DNA of 38,102 nucleotides from a virus: IMG/VR virus record IMGVR_UViG_2585428174_000001, positions 1 through 38,102 of that record; one strand, written 5' to 3'. Below, piece by piece: positions 14,978 to 23,730 of the stretch; positions within the stretch are counted from its first letter, which is position 1; each line of letters begins with the position of its first letter. The translations under genes were made by a program, and so were the position numbers. Under the pieces are notes generated by a model. It was not told where the DNA came from and ran no database searches. It saw only the letters and a program-made list of their open reading frames with translations.

Positions 14978-16762
14978 TTAGGTCTTTCTAGCTCCAACTT
15001 TATTTCCCTCCTTGATATGATATTTTATTTTCTTATCCAACTTTTCCCCAAATAGTTTAGCAAATTCTCTTGGGTTATCACCGCCAAAATACTCTGCAAA
15101 AGTCTCTGCGAATAATTCTGCATGTTTAGTGCCGGCATATTCTCCGACTAATGTTGCCATGTCTTTAAAAGTATATTCTGTACTATATTTTTTATTATAG
15201 TCGCCTATTACCTCACTAACAAATTCTTCACACCAATTCGTGTTTCCACCATCAAGCCATTTAAGTCCATCCGCAACATTATGTCCATATTCGTGTACAA
15301 AAGTTTTATACTCTTTTGCGTTAGGCACAGTCCATTTCTTCTCAATGCATTTTTCTATATACTTCTTATTATACTCTTTATCTGAGAAAAAAGCACCGTT
15401 TAATGTTAACTCACAAGCCCCTGGCCGGTTCGCATAGTATGAGTATTTTCCTACAGCATTCATGTTAGCTTTTACTTTTAATATTGGTAGCTTAACCGGG
15501 TTAATCTCTTGGAATCCTTTAAAGTAGTTATTAAATTTATCCATCCAATTAACTGAATCCTGTAACAAATCCTTGTCTATAGGGTATTTTCTGCTATCGC
15601 TAAAATCTAGAGAGTATTTATCTCTCATATGTTTTATTATTTCTTTCTTATTATTGTAAATAGTTTTAACTGGTGTAGCTCCTCGCCATGTTTTTATATT
15701 TCTTATACTTTGCCATTGTTGTTTCTTATACTTATATCTTTCTATATTATCTTTGTCTAAACTATAACTACTAAGCCTATCATACTTTTTTATTTGTCTA
15801 TTTATATAGTTTTCCCTCTGTTCTCTATTAAATATGTCTATACTCTTTTGTTGTTGCTCTTTAGTTGTAGTCTTCGGTGGTGTTGAAATACCTTCAAAAT
15901 AAGTTGTATGAGAATCTTTACAATTAGGATGATAGAATCCAGCTGCCATTGCACTACTTAGTAATGGATAGGGTCCATCTTTAGAAGTTCCACCACTCCA
16001 TACATCATCTATAAAAATCTTACCTTGAAATGGTACACATTTAGGACAACCACCTCCACGGCTTATGGTTATTACTGTACTTATGCCCCACTCCTGTCTT
16101 TTAGCACCTTCTCCTTGCAAGTATGCTCTTTTATTAGCCGTTTGAATTGCCATGGCTGCATAATCTGCTATATTAACTCTAGCACCATTCTTATACTCTA
16201 TGCAATTAATACCCTTACTTAAGAAGTCCTTAGTTGCCATATCTACGCATTGCTCATATGTTCCACTTCCTGTATTAGCATAAACCTGTGCATTAAATAT
16301 CGTTTTTCTGTATTCATCATTGGCTTTTCTTAGCATAGCAACCTCTGCTTTTGCCATGTCTTGCTTAGTAGCTTTTATGAGAGCATTGAGTTTTCTATCA
16401 TTTATTTTAAAGAATTTGCCCTCTGTAATTAAGTCTGTAACTTTAGGTCTTATTCTAGGTCTAAATCCATTCTTTATAGCTTCTAATATTTCTATTTCAG
16501 CTTCCATATTGCCGGCTATATATGACTTCTCAATCATCTCTTCTATCTCTTCATTTATCTCTGAGAATCTATGTTTGAAAGCTTTTTTATTTCTCTTTTT
16601 ATACTCTTGTAAGCTTTTTAATTGTTCAACTTGCCACATGGTCCAGTCAAACCCTTCTTTGTTTTCCCAATTCCTATGCCTTTTATAATTCCTCAGCATA
16701 GAATCAATCAATTCTTTCTCTATAGCTCCGAATGCTTCTGCAACATCATAATCTTTCTTCAT
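14978..16762 (-). CDS. Minor head protein (MuF/SPP1 gp7-like) fused to a C-terminal M34/ATLF-like zinc metallopeptidase domain
   Basis: MuF-type region with GGGCPKC...FYHPNCKDS. The C-terminal domain has HEYGH (aa 490-494) and a downstream AELFAETFAEYF, matching the HExxH...E..FAE.F pattern of lethal-factor-like peptidases. Confidence 0.8.
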   Translation of the reverse strand: MKKDYDVAEAFGAIEKELIDSMLRNYKRHRNWENKEGFDWTMWQVEQLKSLQEYKKRNKKAFKHRFSEINEEIEEMIEKSYIAGNMEAEIEILEAIKNGFRPRIRPKVTDLITEGKFFKINDRKLNALIKATKQDMAKAEVAMLRKANDEYRKTIFNAQVYANTGSGTYEQCVDMATKDFLSKGINCIEYKNGARVNIADYAAMAIQTANKRAYLQGEGAKRQEWGISTVITISRGGGCPKCVPFQGKIFIDDVWSGGTSKDGPYPLLSSAMAAGFYHPNCKDSHTTYFEGISTPPKTTTKEQQQKSIDIFNREQRENYINRQIKKYDRLSSYSLDKDNIERYKYKKQQWQSIRNIKTWRGATPVKTIYNNKKEIIKHMRDKYSLDFSDSRKYPIDKDLLQDSVNWMDKFNNYFKGFQEINPVKLPILKVKANMNAVGKYSYYANRPGACELTLNGAFFSDKEYNKKYIEKCIEKKWTVPNAKEYKTFVHEYGHNVADGLKWLDGGNTNWCEEFVSEVIGDYNKKYSTEYTFKDMATLVGEYAGTKHAELFAETFAEYFGGDNPREFAKLFGEKLDKKIKYHIKEGNKVGARKT

Positions 16763-16770
16763 TTTATCAC

Positions 16771-18411
16771 CTACATTTGTTCTTCCATGAAGGTTTCAGC
16801 GACTTCTCTACTTATTCCTAAAGATGATGAAATAATAGATATTGCACTGGCTCTTGTTATATTGCCAGCTTTTACATTCTCAATAACCTTAAGCATTGAT
16901 TGAATTTGAGCACCATTTAAAAGGCTTGAAGTTGATGTTTCTTCTATATCCTCATCATCCATACTAACCTCAGGTTCTTCCATGCCTACAACTCCATTTT
17001 CCTCCTTAAGCCTTGCTATTTCCTCTGCCTTTTCCTCATCAGTCCAAGTATCTCCATAAAGTTCTTCAATGCATTGTTCAGTTGACATTATTCCATAACT
17101 TTTGGCCTTGCCTACAGTCTCAACCTTATTGTCAAATGAAGGGCTTGCATATTCTCCAAAGCTTATAGTAATTTCATACTCTTGTGGATTCTTACTATGC
17201 ATTAAATCCTGCACTTTCAATACTATATCAACAAGTCTTGGTATTACTTCCGTTAAAGAATCAACTATCTTTCCTCTTGTGTAAAGAGTTGCTTTTTCCT
17301 TCTCTCTTTGAGCTTCTGCATTATCTGTTTTCTTTAGATCTATTCCTAATGTGGCCGGGCTTATGATACCCTGTAGGCACATATCTAAGTTGCTAGCATA
17401 GGTATTTACATAAGCTTCGTAGTTTATAGATGGTTGTTGTATACTGATTTCATCTGAACCATTCTCCTTCATACTAGAGCCTACTGCTATGAATTTATTG
17501 TCAAAACTATTTGGTTTTAGTGATTCCCCTGTGGTTGGATTCTTGGGTATTAGGTCCTCTGGTATATATTGTTTTACTCTTCCATCTCTTATAGCGTCAA
17601 TCCATTGCGATACAGTTTCGTCCAGTGCGTCAAAGCTATCTGACTTAGTATCAAATATACTTTTGCCCCTATTGATAAATTTATGAGACTTAAAGAATTT
17701 CATAGGTATACCCATTATGAAGTCACCAGTAAAGGTTGTATCTAACAAACTACTAGTCTCTTCTATGGCTGTTATAGGCACTTCTTTTCCTTCATGATTG
17801 TATAATTTATATCTTATATACCCTCGTCCAAACACCTCTTCTAGCCTATAATCTTTACTGCCTACTGTATAATTTGTATAGAATAATATCTCTTGGAGCC
17901 TTCCACGTTTGAAATTGTAATCTACTTTTTCACCACTGTAATATTCTATTATTGGGTATGGCGTCAAGTCTGTGTCTATCGTTATTTTAAAAGCACCATC
18001 TCCTGTTACAAGTGTTTCTCCTATGGCTTCACCTAATAACTCATTAAACTTATTATCTTTGCTTATTTCGTCCCATATGGCCCGTAAACCCTTATCGTCT
18101 ATATCAATGCTATCTACATCTGACACTACCATATCAGCAAGCCTGTCAACTATCATTGCTGGTAACCCACTATGAACCTTTCTAACGTTTAAATCGTTTG
18201 AGGGAACTGCCGCCCAAAATCTAGACTTTGAGACAAGATCATAAGCACTCTGTTTGAAAAATTGGTCTAGCTCACTAGCTTCACCACGATACCATATTCT
18301 ATTTTTCATGACATTACCTTCAAAGCTTAAAGGCTCTCTTATTGTTATTTTCTTATCTTGTGCGGGTTGTATATTTAACATTTTTATCACCAACTTTTTA
18401 AACCAATTCAT
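16771..18411 (-). CDS. Portal protein (SPP1 gp6-like)
   Basis: 546 aa, located between TerL and MuF, with an acidic C-terminal region. Confidence 0.85.
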   Translation of the reverse strand: MNWFKKLVIKMLNIQPAQDKKITIREPLSFEGNVMKNRIWYRGEASELDQFFKQSAYDLVSKSRFWAAVPSNDLNVRKVHSGLPAMIVDRLADMVVSDVDSIDIDDKGLRAIWDEISKDNKFNELLGEAIGETLVTGDGAFKITIDTDLTPYPIIEYYSGEKVDYNFKRGRLQEILFYTNYTVGSKDYRLEEVFGRGYIRYKLYNHEGKEVPITAIEETSSLLDTTFTGDFIMGIPMKFFKSHKFINRGKSIFDTKSDSFDALDETVSQWIDAIRDGRVKQYIPEDLIPKNPTTGESLKPNSFDNKFIAVGSSMKENGSDEISIQQPSINYEAYVNTYASNLDMCLQGIISPATLGIDLKKTDNAEAQREKEKATLYTRGKIVDSLTEVIPRLVDIVLKVQDLMHSKNPQEYEITISFGEYASPSFDNKVETVGKAKSYGIMSTEQCIEELYGDTWTDEEKAEEIARLKEENGVVGMEEPEVSMDDEDIEETSTSSLLNGAQIQSMLKVIENVKAGNITRASAISIISSSLGISREVAETFMEEQM

Positions 18412-18619
18412 TATTTACCAGCTCCTGAATAATCTTTAGCTCTACTTTTACAATTTCGTAATCCTTGTTGCACTTCCTAATATTGAAATTATGTTCTGCA
18501 TCTTCTTTATCACCAAATATAATCGCTTTTTCATGGGAAGTTCTTTGCTTCAATGGTGAATATCTATGATCAGTTCCGAATACCCATTTTTTAGTTTTCT
18601 TATTTCTAATAGCGTACAT
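18398..18619 (-). CDS. Hypothetical small protein
   Basis: ATG at 18619 follows TAGGAGTTGG. Located between TerL and the portal gene. Confidence 0.55.
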   Translation of the reverse strand: MYAIRNKKTKKWVFGTDHRYSPLKQRTSHEKAIIFGDKEDAEHNFNIRKCNKDYEIVKVELKIIQELVNNELV

Positions 18620-18620
18620 A

Positions 18621-19976
18621 TTATTTACCAACTCCTATCTTAACTTTGTAAGGTATCCATGCATATTGATTAGCATTTATTGTATGGTCGTTTGCGTCCT
18701 CTGGCTCGTCCTTATCCTCTTTCCAACTGTAGGTCTCTAATTCTTGTATATGATTAGTACAGGTATCTACTACCTCATAATAATGTTCTGTGTCTGTTCC
18801 TATCCACCCTAGCTGAAAATTTATTCTATCTAGGATAGTTACTTTCTTATAGGCATTAATAAAGTTATAAAAACAAGGGTGTTGTCTCTTAAATTTCTTA
18901 AGTTCTGTTATGGTTGCTTGGTCTGCGCTATCTACAAATACGTCTCTTGCAAGCCCCCATTCGTTCCTATTCTTCTCTAAGAAATTAAACAGTTTAATAG
19001 CTGTATCACTTGGAGCAATAGGAGTATTTAAATCCTTATTGTTATAAACTTTTTCATCTAGGGTTACTAGCATACCTTCGTCTGTGATACCTTGGAATAT
19101 AAAAGCTATAGTGTCTTTTGATTTACTAGAGTAAGCCGTATCAACTCCACATGTGTAGTGTATATAATTGTATATTTTGGCTTGCTGCTTAGTTATTATA
19201 TTTCTCTTTCTTTCAAAGTTACTAAATATTAAGCCTGTTGCCCTGCCTCTTAGGCCCTGTATTTTATTCTTATAAAGTTTTGTTCCTTTTGGAGCACTTA
19301 ACTTCTTTTTTTCAATATCTGCTTCACTTAAACTTAAATTATCATAAAAAGAAAAGAACCAGTATATCCAGTTCTTTTTAGTCTCGCTATTTAGTTGTTC
19401 CATTATTTCATTAGGAACATCATTCTTATATTTTTCTAAAGGTCTACTACAATTTATAAATTCACTATAGATTGGTAGATTAGGATCATCTGGGTTAAGT
19501 GTGCCCAATAAGTAATCACATCTAGTACATATCTCTCTCACAAATTCAATGCTTGCTGTATTAATTTCATCTATCATTACACAACCAAATTGCGAACCCA
19601 GGGCCATCTTCCACTTATCAATATTATCATAACCTAAAATATATATTATTTTTTCACCATTAGGTGTTTTATATCTTATATGTGGTATTTTATTGTCCTT
19701 ATCGCCATTACCGTTGTATCTGACTAAATCCCCGAATACATCTGTAATGCCATATTCCTTTTGAATTATGTTTTTTTCACATACTCCAGTAGTCTTTGAG
19801 GCTATAACATGCATTTTCTTTTTTGATTTAGCAACATTAAACATGAATTTCACAATTCCCACTGTTGTTTTCCCTGCTGCTGTCGTGCCCTCAAGGAATT
19901 CTACTGGTGCTTTGCATTTTAAGAAATCCTTATATTTTAGGGATAACTTATAAGCTTTACTCATCTTCATCACCAT
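18621..19976 (-). CDS. terL: Terminase large subunit
   Basis: Walker A-like motif EGTTAAGKTT, Walker B-like motif CVMIDEIN, and a C-terminal nuclease region. Several closely spaced candidate starts lie between 19964 and 19976. Confidence 0.9.
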   Translation of the reverse strand: MVMKMSKAYKLSLKYKDFLKCKAPVEFLEGTTAAGKTTVGIVKFMFNVAKSKKKMHVIASKTTGVCEKNIIQKEYGITDVFGDLVRYNGNGDKDNKIPHIRYKTPNGEKIIYILGYDNIDKWKMALGSQFGCVMIDEINTASIEFVREICTRCDYLLGTLNPDDPNLPIYSEFINCSRPLEKYKNDVPNEIMEQLNSETKKNWIYWFFSFYDNLSLSEADIEKKKLSAPKGTKLYKNKIQGLRGRATGLIFSNFERKRNIITKQQAKIYNYIHYTCGVDTAYSSKSKDTIAFIFQGITDEGMLVTLDEKVYNNKDLNTPIAPSDTAIKLFNFLEKNRNEWGLARDVFVDSADQATITELKKFKRQHPCFYNFINAYKKVTILDRINFQLGWIGTDTEHYYEVVDTCTNHIQELETYSWKEDKDEPEDANDHTINANQYAWIPYKVKIGVGK

Positions 19977-20421
19977 TTAATTGCGAAAGTATCGAATCAA
20001 GCTTTTCGGTTGAATTTACTGTGGCCGTTACATCTGTCTCTACCTTATCTACAAATAATCTATATCTCTTTCCTAGGAGCTCAGCTGCTTTTATTCTATC
20101 CTTGGCACTTATTTCTTTTTTTATAACTCTTGCTGAAGAATATCCATCACCTTCACCCTCAACTACAACAACATCTTCCACGATTTTCCCTCTCATAGCT
20201 GCTGTAAGATGTTTTAATACTTCGCTAGCATTGGCAATACGTTCATCTTCAAGTTGTTTCATTCTTTCATCAATATAAGATTTTATACTAAGTTTTTCTA
20301 AGTTCTGACTACCTTGTACATGTGGTTGTTTATACCCTGCTTGCTTTGCTGCTTCAGTGGCATTGCCTGTTTCTATATAATAATCACAGAATGCCATTTG
20401 CTTTGGTGTTAACTTAGCCAC
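19957..20421 (-). CDS. terS: Terminase small subunit
   Basis: N-terminus LTPKQMAFCDYYIETGNATEAAKQAGY is typical of Terminase_2. GTG start follows AAGGAGGTGG. Confidence 0.85.
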   Translation of the reverse strand: MAKLTPKQMAFCDYYIETGNATEAAKQAGYKQPHVQGSQNLEKLSIKSYIDERMKQLEDERIANASEVLKHLTAAMRGKIVEDVVVVEGEGDGYSSARVIKKEISAKDRIKAAELLGKRYRLFVDKVETDVTATVNSTEKLDSILSQLNGDEDE

Positions 20422-20437
20422 AATGCCACCTCCTTTT

Positions 20438-20653
20438 TTATTTTTGCCTTATAGCTCCATGGACCTTCTTGTATGAACTATGACCCATACATTCCCTTAA
20501 GTTATCTGTTGAGCCTTGTACAACTATATTTCTATTACTACAGTAAGGACATACTAAATATCTATCTGGATCTATACTTAGTAATTCTTCCGTTATTAAG
20601 ATTAATTCTTTTTTACAACATTTACATTTAAGATTTGTATAAATATTTAATAT
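20438..20653 (-). CDS. Possible 71-aa zinc-ribbon protein with a non-canonical (ATA/ATT) start, or a gene remnant
   Basis: Open frame encoding ..CKCC..(21 aa)..CPYC.., preceded by GGAAGGTGAG. There is no in-frame ATG, GTG or TTG near the SD. Confidence 0.25.
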   Translation of the reverse strand: MLNIYTNLKCKCCKKELILITEELLSIDPDRYLVCPYCSNRNIVVQGSTDNLRECMGHSSYKKVHGAIRQK

Positions 20654-20699
20654 GTTCTCACCTTCCTTATAAAATAAAAAGAACCCTGTTAAGAGTTCT

Positions 20700-20858
20700 T
20701 TAAAGAAATTTCATTGAATTTTTCTTAAACTGTATTCTATCATCCTTTGATAGTTTCATAAACTTACGTAATGGTCTCCACCATTTAAAAAATAATTTCA
20801 TATAGTTATACTTCGTGTATACTTTGCTTGCTTTCCAGAACCAAATCAAATCTTTCAT
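20700..20858 (-). CDS. Small basic aromatic-rich protein (52 aa, below ORF-track cutoff)
   Basis: ATG at 20858 follows AAGAAGG. The sequence begins MKDLIWFWKASKVYTKYNYMKLFFKWWRPL... Confidence 0.4.
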   Translation of the reverse strand: MKDLIWFWKASKVYTKYNYMKLFFKWWRPLRKFMKLSKDDRIQFKKNSMKFL

Positions 20859-21036
20859 ACTTAACCTTCTTTCAAAAATAGCTGTTGTTTTAGTCTACTT
20901 CTGGCTAACTTGTGTAATATTTTCTTATCTTGTGCATGGTCATTAGACTTATATATGCTTGTATTTAGAAAATCTGTTTTAGTTCAGTCTTTTATATTAT
21001 TCTGGTGAAATAAATCTATTCTAAACACCTTCTCCC

Positions 21037-21069
21037 AAAATAAAAAAGAACCTTAAATATTAAGATTCT
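21037..21069 (-). terminator. Intrinsic terminator after the 187-aa gene
   Basis: On the minus strand, a 10-bp stem AGAAUCUUAA/UUAAGGUUCU with a 3-nt loop is followed by UUUUUAUUUU. Confidence 0.65.
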
Positions 21070-21623
21070 TCTATTGTAAAATAATATTTTTTTATAGTTT
21101 CTTTTCTAAATATATATCTCCAAAATTTTACATTGAATAAGTTTCTCCAAATGACTCTTCCATTCATAAATAATAACTTTTCGATTGGTTGAAATGTAAG
21201 GATTTTTGATTCTTCATCTACTCTTATATTTTTACTTCCTATCTGTTTTTCTAATACATGTTTATATATCACTAAATTAGTTTCACAGTTAAGTTCTTTA
21301 CCTATTAATTTCTTATTTTTAGAAATTGCCTTTTTAAAATCAACTTTTTTCAGTTCCTCAAGCAATTTATACTTATTTTTATAATAATCATTTTTCCATA
21401 CCTTAATTAGCATATTCTTTCCGATTACTTGTTCTATTCTATTCTTTTTTTCATTTATAACAAACGAATCTGTTATTTTTTGTCTTTTAACACAACATAA
21501 ACCAATTTCTGCTAGTTGTATTAATGCAGATAATATAAATGAAAGCTTCATTACTATCAATATTATTGATATAATTATTGTTCCAATCATTTTCATTTTC
21601 CGGTAAATCTTTTTAACATTCAT
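21060..21623 (-). CDS. Membrane-anchored hypothetical protein (187 aa), accessory gene
   Basis: N-terminal TM segment (IGTIIISIILIVMKLSFILSALIQLAEIGL) followed by a Lys-rich soluble domain. SD AGGGGGGAG. The gene is flanked by terminators. Confidence 0.7.
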   Translation of the reverse strand: MNVKKIYRKMKMIGTIIISIILIVMKLSFILSALIQLAEIGLCCVKRQKITDSFVINEKKNRIEQVIGKNMLIKVWKNDYYKNKYKLLEELKKVDFKKAISKNKKLIGKELNCETNLVIYKHVLEKQIGSKNIRVDEESKILTFQPIEKLLFMNGRVIWRNLFNVKFWRYIFRKETIKKYYFTIEES

Positions 21624-21685
21624 TTTTTATCTCCCCCCTTACCATATATTTCTCCATCAACTTCAAAATTCCTTCAAAATATTAG

Positions 21686-21718
21686 AAATAAAAAACACCC
21701 TAACCAAGTTAAGATGTT
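21686..21718 (-). terminator. Intrinsic terminator downstream of the phage tRNA
   Basis: An 11-bp stem (21694-21704 with 21708-21718) including G-U pairs, with a 3-nt loop. On the minus strand it is followed by UUUUUAUUU. Confidence 0.6.
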
Positions 21719-21753
21719 TTTCTAGGAGGAGTATTCATGTTTTATCTGTCTAT

Positions 21754-21828
21754 TGGCGGAACCAGAAGGATTCGAACCTTCAACCTATCGGTTAACAGCC
21801 GATTGCTCTACCGTTGAGTTACAATTCC
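21754..21828 (-). tRNA. Phage-encoded tRNA-Asn (anticodon GUU), CCA encoded
   Basis: Hand-folded 75-nt cloverleaf. The anticodon arm is ATCGG-CTGTTAA-CCGAT, the T arm is GAAGG-TTCGAAT-CCTTC, and the discriminator is G. The acceptor stem has 3 G-U pairs and the D stem has one A-C mismatch. Confidence 0.8.
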
Positions 21829-21869
21829 ATGTGTACCAAGTTGGCATTGTTAAGAGGCGCTCTTGGCAC

Positions 21870-21875
21870 ATTATA
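21870..21875 (-). promoter_or_regulatory. Possible -10 box (TATAAT) about 40 nt upstream of the tRNA
   Basis: Exact TATAAT on the minus strand, but only a weak -35 (TTATTA). Confidence 0.25.
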
Positions 21876-22054
21876 AATTAATCTGGGGGGATTAATAAGT
21901 TTATCTTTTGTACTCCAAGCCTTTGCCTGGTATGTATTGCGGGTTGACGGCCCGCAATGAGAACTATACATGTGTTACAAACAAAAATGTATTTCCCTAA
22001 TTGGGATTAACTATATTCTAACACATTCCATAGGTGTATTTTATCAACTTTTTC

Positions 22055-22573
22055 TCATTTTTTTATCAAATTTTCAAACTGTGCTATATTATGAATTAAC
22101 TCTTCCCTTTTCCTATAACAAGTGGCTTGTGCTATGTTTAATGTTTGCGAAATATAGATTATGTTTCTTCCGTCTCCGTACTTAAGTTCTATAAACTGTT
22201 TATCTTCTTCTTCTAGCATGCTTAAGTTATATTCCATGTATGAGATAAATTCTTTTGTTTCTCTTACCTTGGCTTTAAGTTTTACAATCTTCCTAGTTTT
22301 AAAACCAAGTTCTTTCTCCAGTGACGTTATAGCCTTAATAATTTGACTTTCCGCATAACTAGATCCTGTACTACTTGTTTGAACTCTTTCTTCTATTCCT
22401 TGTCCATTTTGGAAATAATCTATAGTAACATTTGTATCTCTTATGTTTTGCTCTATTTCTTCTATGCTGCGTTCTAGTGTTTCTATTTGCCTATTATAAC
22501 CTTCTATCTTTCTTTTCTGCCTGTAGTATCTATATAGCTTACCTTCTGTTTTTCTAAACAGTTCCTTGTCCAA
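22055..22573 (-). CDS. Late-gene transcriptional activator (RinA/ArpU-like, sigma region-4-like HTH)
   Basis: 172 aa, last gene of the early/middle block upstream of the packaging genes. The C-terminal segment FIELKYGDGRNIIYISQTLNIAQATCYRKREEL is HTH-like. Confidence 0.6.
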   Translation of the reverse strand: MDKELFRKTEGKLYRYYRQKRKIEGYNRQIETLERSIEEIEQNIRDTNVTIDYFQNGQGIEERVQTSSTGSSYAESQIIKAITSLEKELGFKTRKIVKLKAKVRETKEFISYMEYNLSMLEEEDKQFIELKYGDGRNIIYISQTLNIAQATCYRKREELIHNIAQFENLIKK

Positions 22574-22574
22574 T

Positions 22575-22952
22575 CTACCGCCCTCCCTTAATCACTATCA
22601 AATTAGGTTTCTTGCTTGGTTCTTTATAATCCTCATGGAATTCATTTACGAAATAATCGCAGTCACAATAAATATACATGAGCCCCTTTCGTTCATCCCA
22701 TTTGAAGCCAAATATTCTTCTGACGCGTATTTCTGTATCAACTCCATTTAATGTGTAGCCATCATACCATTTATTTATCAAAGGTGCCTCATCATAAACC
22801 CTAACTGGCAATTCTAAATTTTTATTTCTTATGCATCCTCTTTTATCAGCTTTGAAGAATAAACATCCTTTTTCTTCACCGTTGCATTCCCCACCACGAT
22901 TTCTATTTCTTTCGCAGTAGGCACACTGTAAATGACTTGGTATATCCTTCAT
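22575..22952 (-). CDS. Hypothetical Cys-rich protein
   Basis: 125-aa ORF, tightly packed with its neighbours. Confidence 0.6.
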   Translation of the reverse strand: MKDIPSHLQCAYCERNRNRGGECNGEEKGCLFFKADKRGCIRNKNLELPVRVYDEAPLINKWYDGYTLNGVDTEIRVRRIFGFKWDERKGLMYIYCDCDYFVNEFHEDYKEPSKKPNLIVIKGGR

Positions 22953-22954
22953 TT

Positions 22955-23383
22955 TTACACCTCCAATAGCTGTGGGGTTTCGTAAATGTTGCCTATGACT
23001 TCAAGTTCTTCATTTGGGTCTTCTATATATTCATTGAAGTAAAAACTTAAATCATTTGCAATAACCCCGTTCCCATATTCGTTTATAAATACCTTTCCAG
23101 CTATTTCTGTTTCATTTTCAAACCTACCCAATGTATTAGGGTCATAGTCCTCAAAGAAATAGTGCATTTTTACAATATCGCCTTCCCATATCTTATTTCC
23201 ATTCTTATCTTTTAAGCCTGTGTCCTGCATCCATTCTAACTCTGGATAATTTTCATTTATAATATCATTAACTGCTTTCGCTGGACTACAATCAAAAACA
23301 TTATACCCTGTTAATTCTCCATTCCCATAATCCATAATTTTTAATTCTTTGTTCCATGCTCTAAGCTTAATCTTCCTCATTCT
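22955..23383 (-). CDS. YopX-family protein
   Basis: MRKIKLRAWNKELKIM... has the typical YopX N-terminus. The start is taken at the internal ATG at 23383. Confidence 0.65.
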   Translation of the reverse strand, partial: RMRKIKLRAWNKELKIMDYGNGELTGYNVFDCSPAKAVNDIINENYPELEWMQDTGLKDKNGNKIWEGDIVKMHYFFEDYDPNTLGRFENETEIAGKVFINEYGNGVIANDLSFYFNEYIEDPNEELEVIGNIYETPQLLEV

Positions 23384-23699
23384 CTTTTCTCCCTTCCTTA
23401 TACATATCAATCCAATCTTTCAATGTCATAGTCACTAGCCATTCACAGCGGTCTTTTCTGTGAAAAACTGTAGGTATTTCACCATGTTTTGCGTCACTCT
23501 TAGCTTGTCCTATGGCATCATATATATTAAGTCTTTCAACACGTTTACACTCAATATGAATACCAGGAAGTCCAACTACATCTGCATCACCGTTTGCTCC
23601 ACAATATTGTTGCCCTCGTCTTGTATCATATCCATATTCTCGGAGCTTAGAAGAGAGTTCTCGCTCTCCTCTTGCTCCTTTCTGTTTACTATTAGTCAT
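23367..23699 (-). CDS. Holliday-junction resolvase-like PD-(D/E)XK nuclease (Hjc type)
   Basis: KGARGERELS...GDADVVG...IECKRVE matches the G..ER...D...E.K pattern. Confidence 0.6.
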   Translation of the reverse strand: MTNSKQKGARGERELSSKLREYGYDTRRGQQYCGANGDADVVGLPGIHIECKRVERLNIYDAIGQAKSDAKHGEIPTVFHRKDRCEWLVTMTLKDWIDMYKEGRKENEED

Positions 23700-23730
23700 G
23701 CATTACCTCCTATTATTTTTAAATTGCAAA

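Noticed and set aside
19865-20278. 137-aa + strand ORF across the terS/terL junction
   Set aside because: It is antisense to two confidently identified terminase genes, with a Ser/Leu-rich low-complexity translation.
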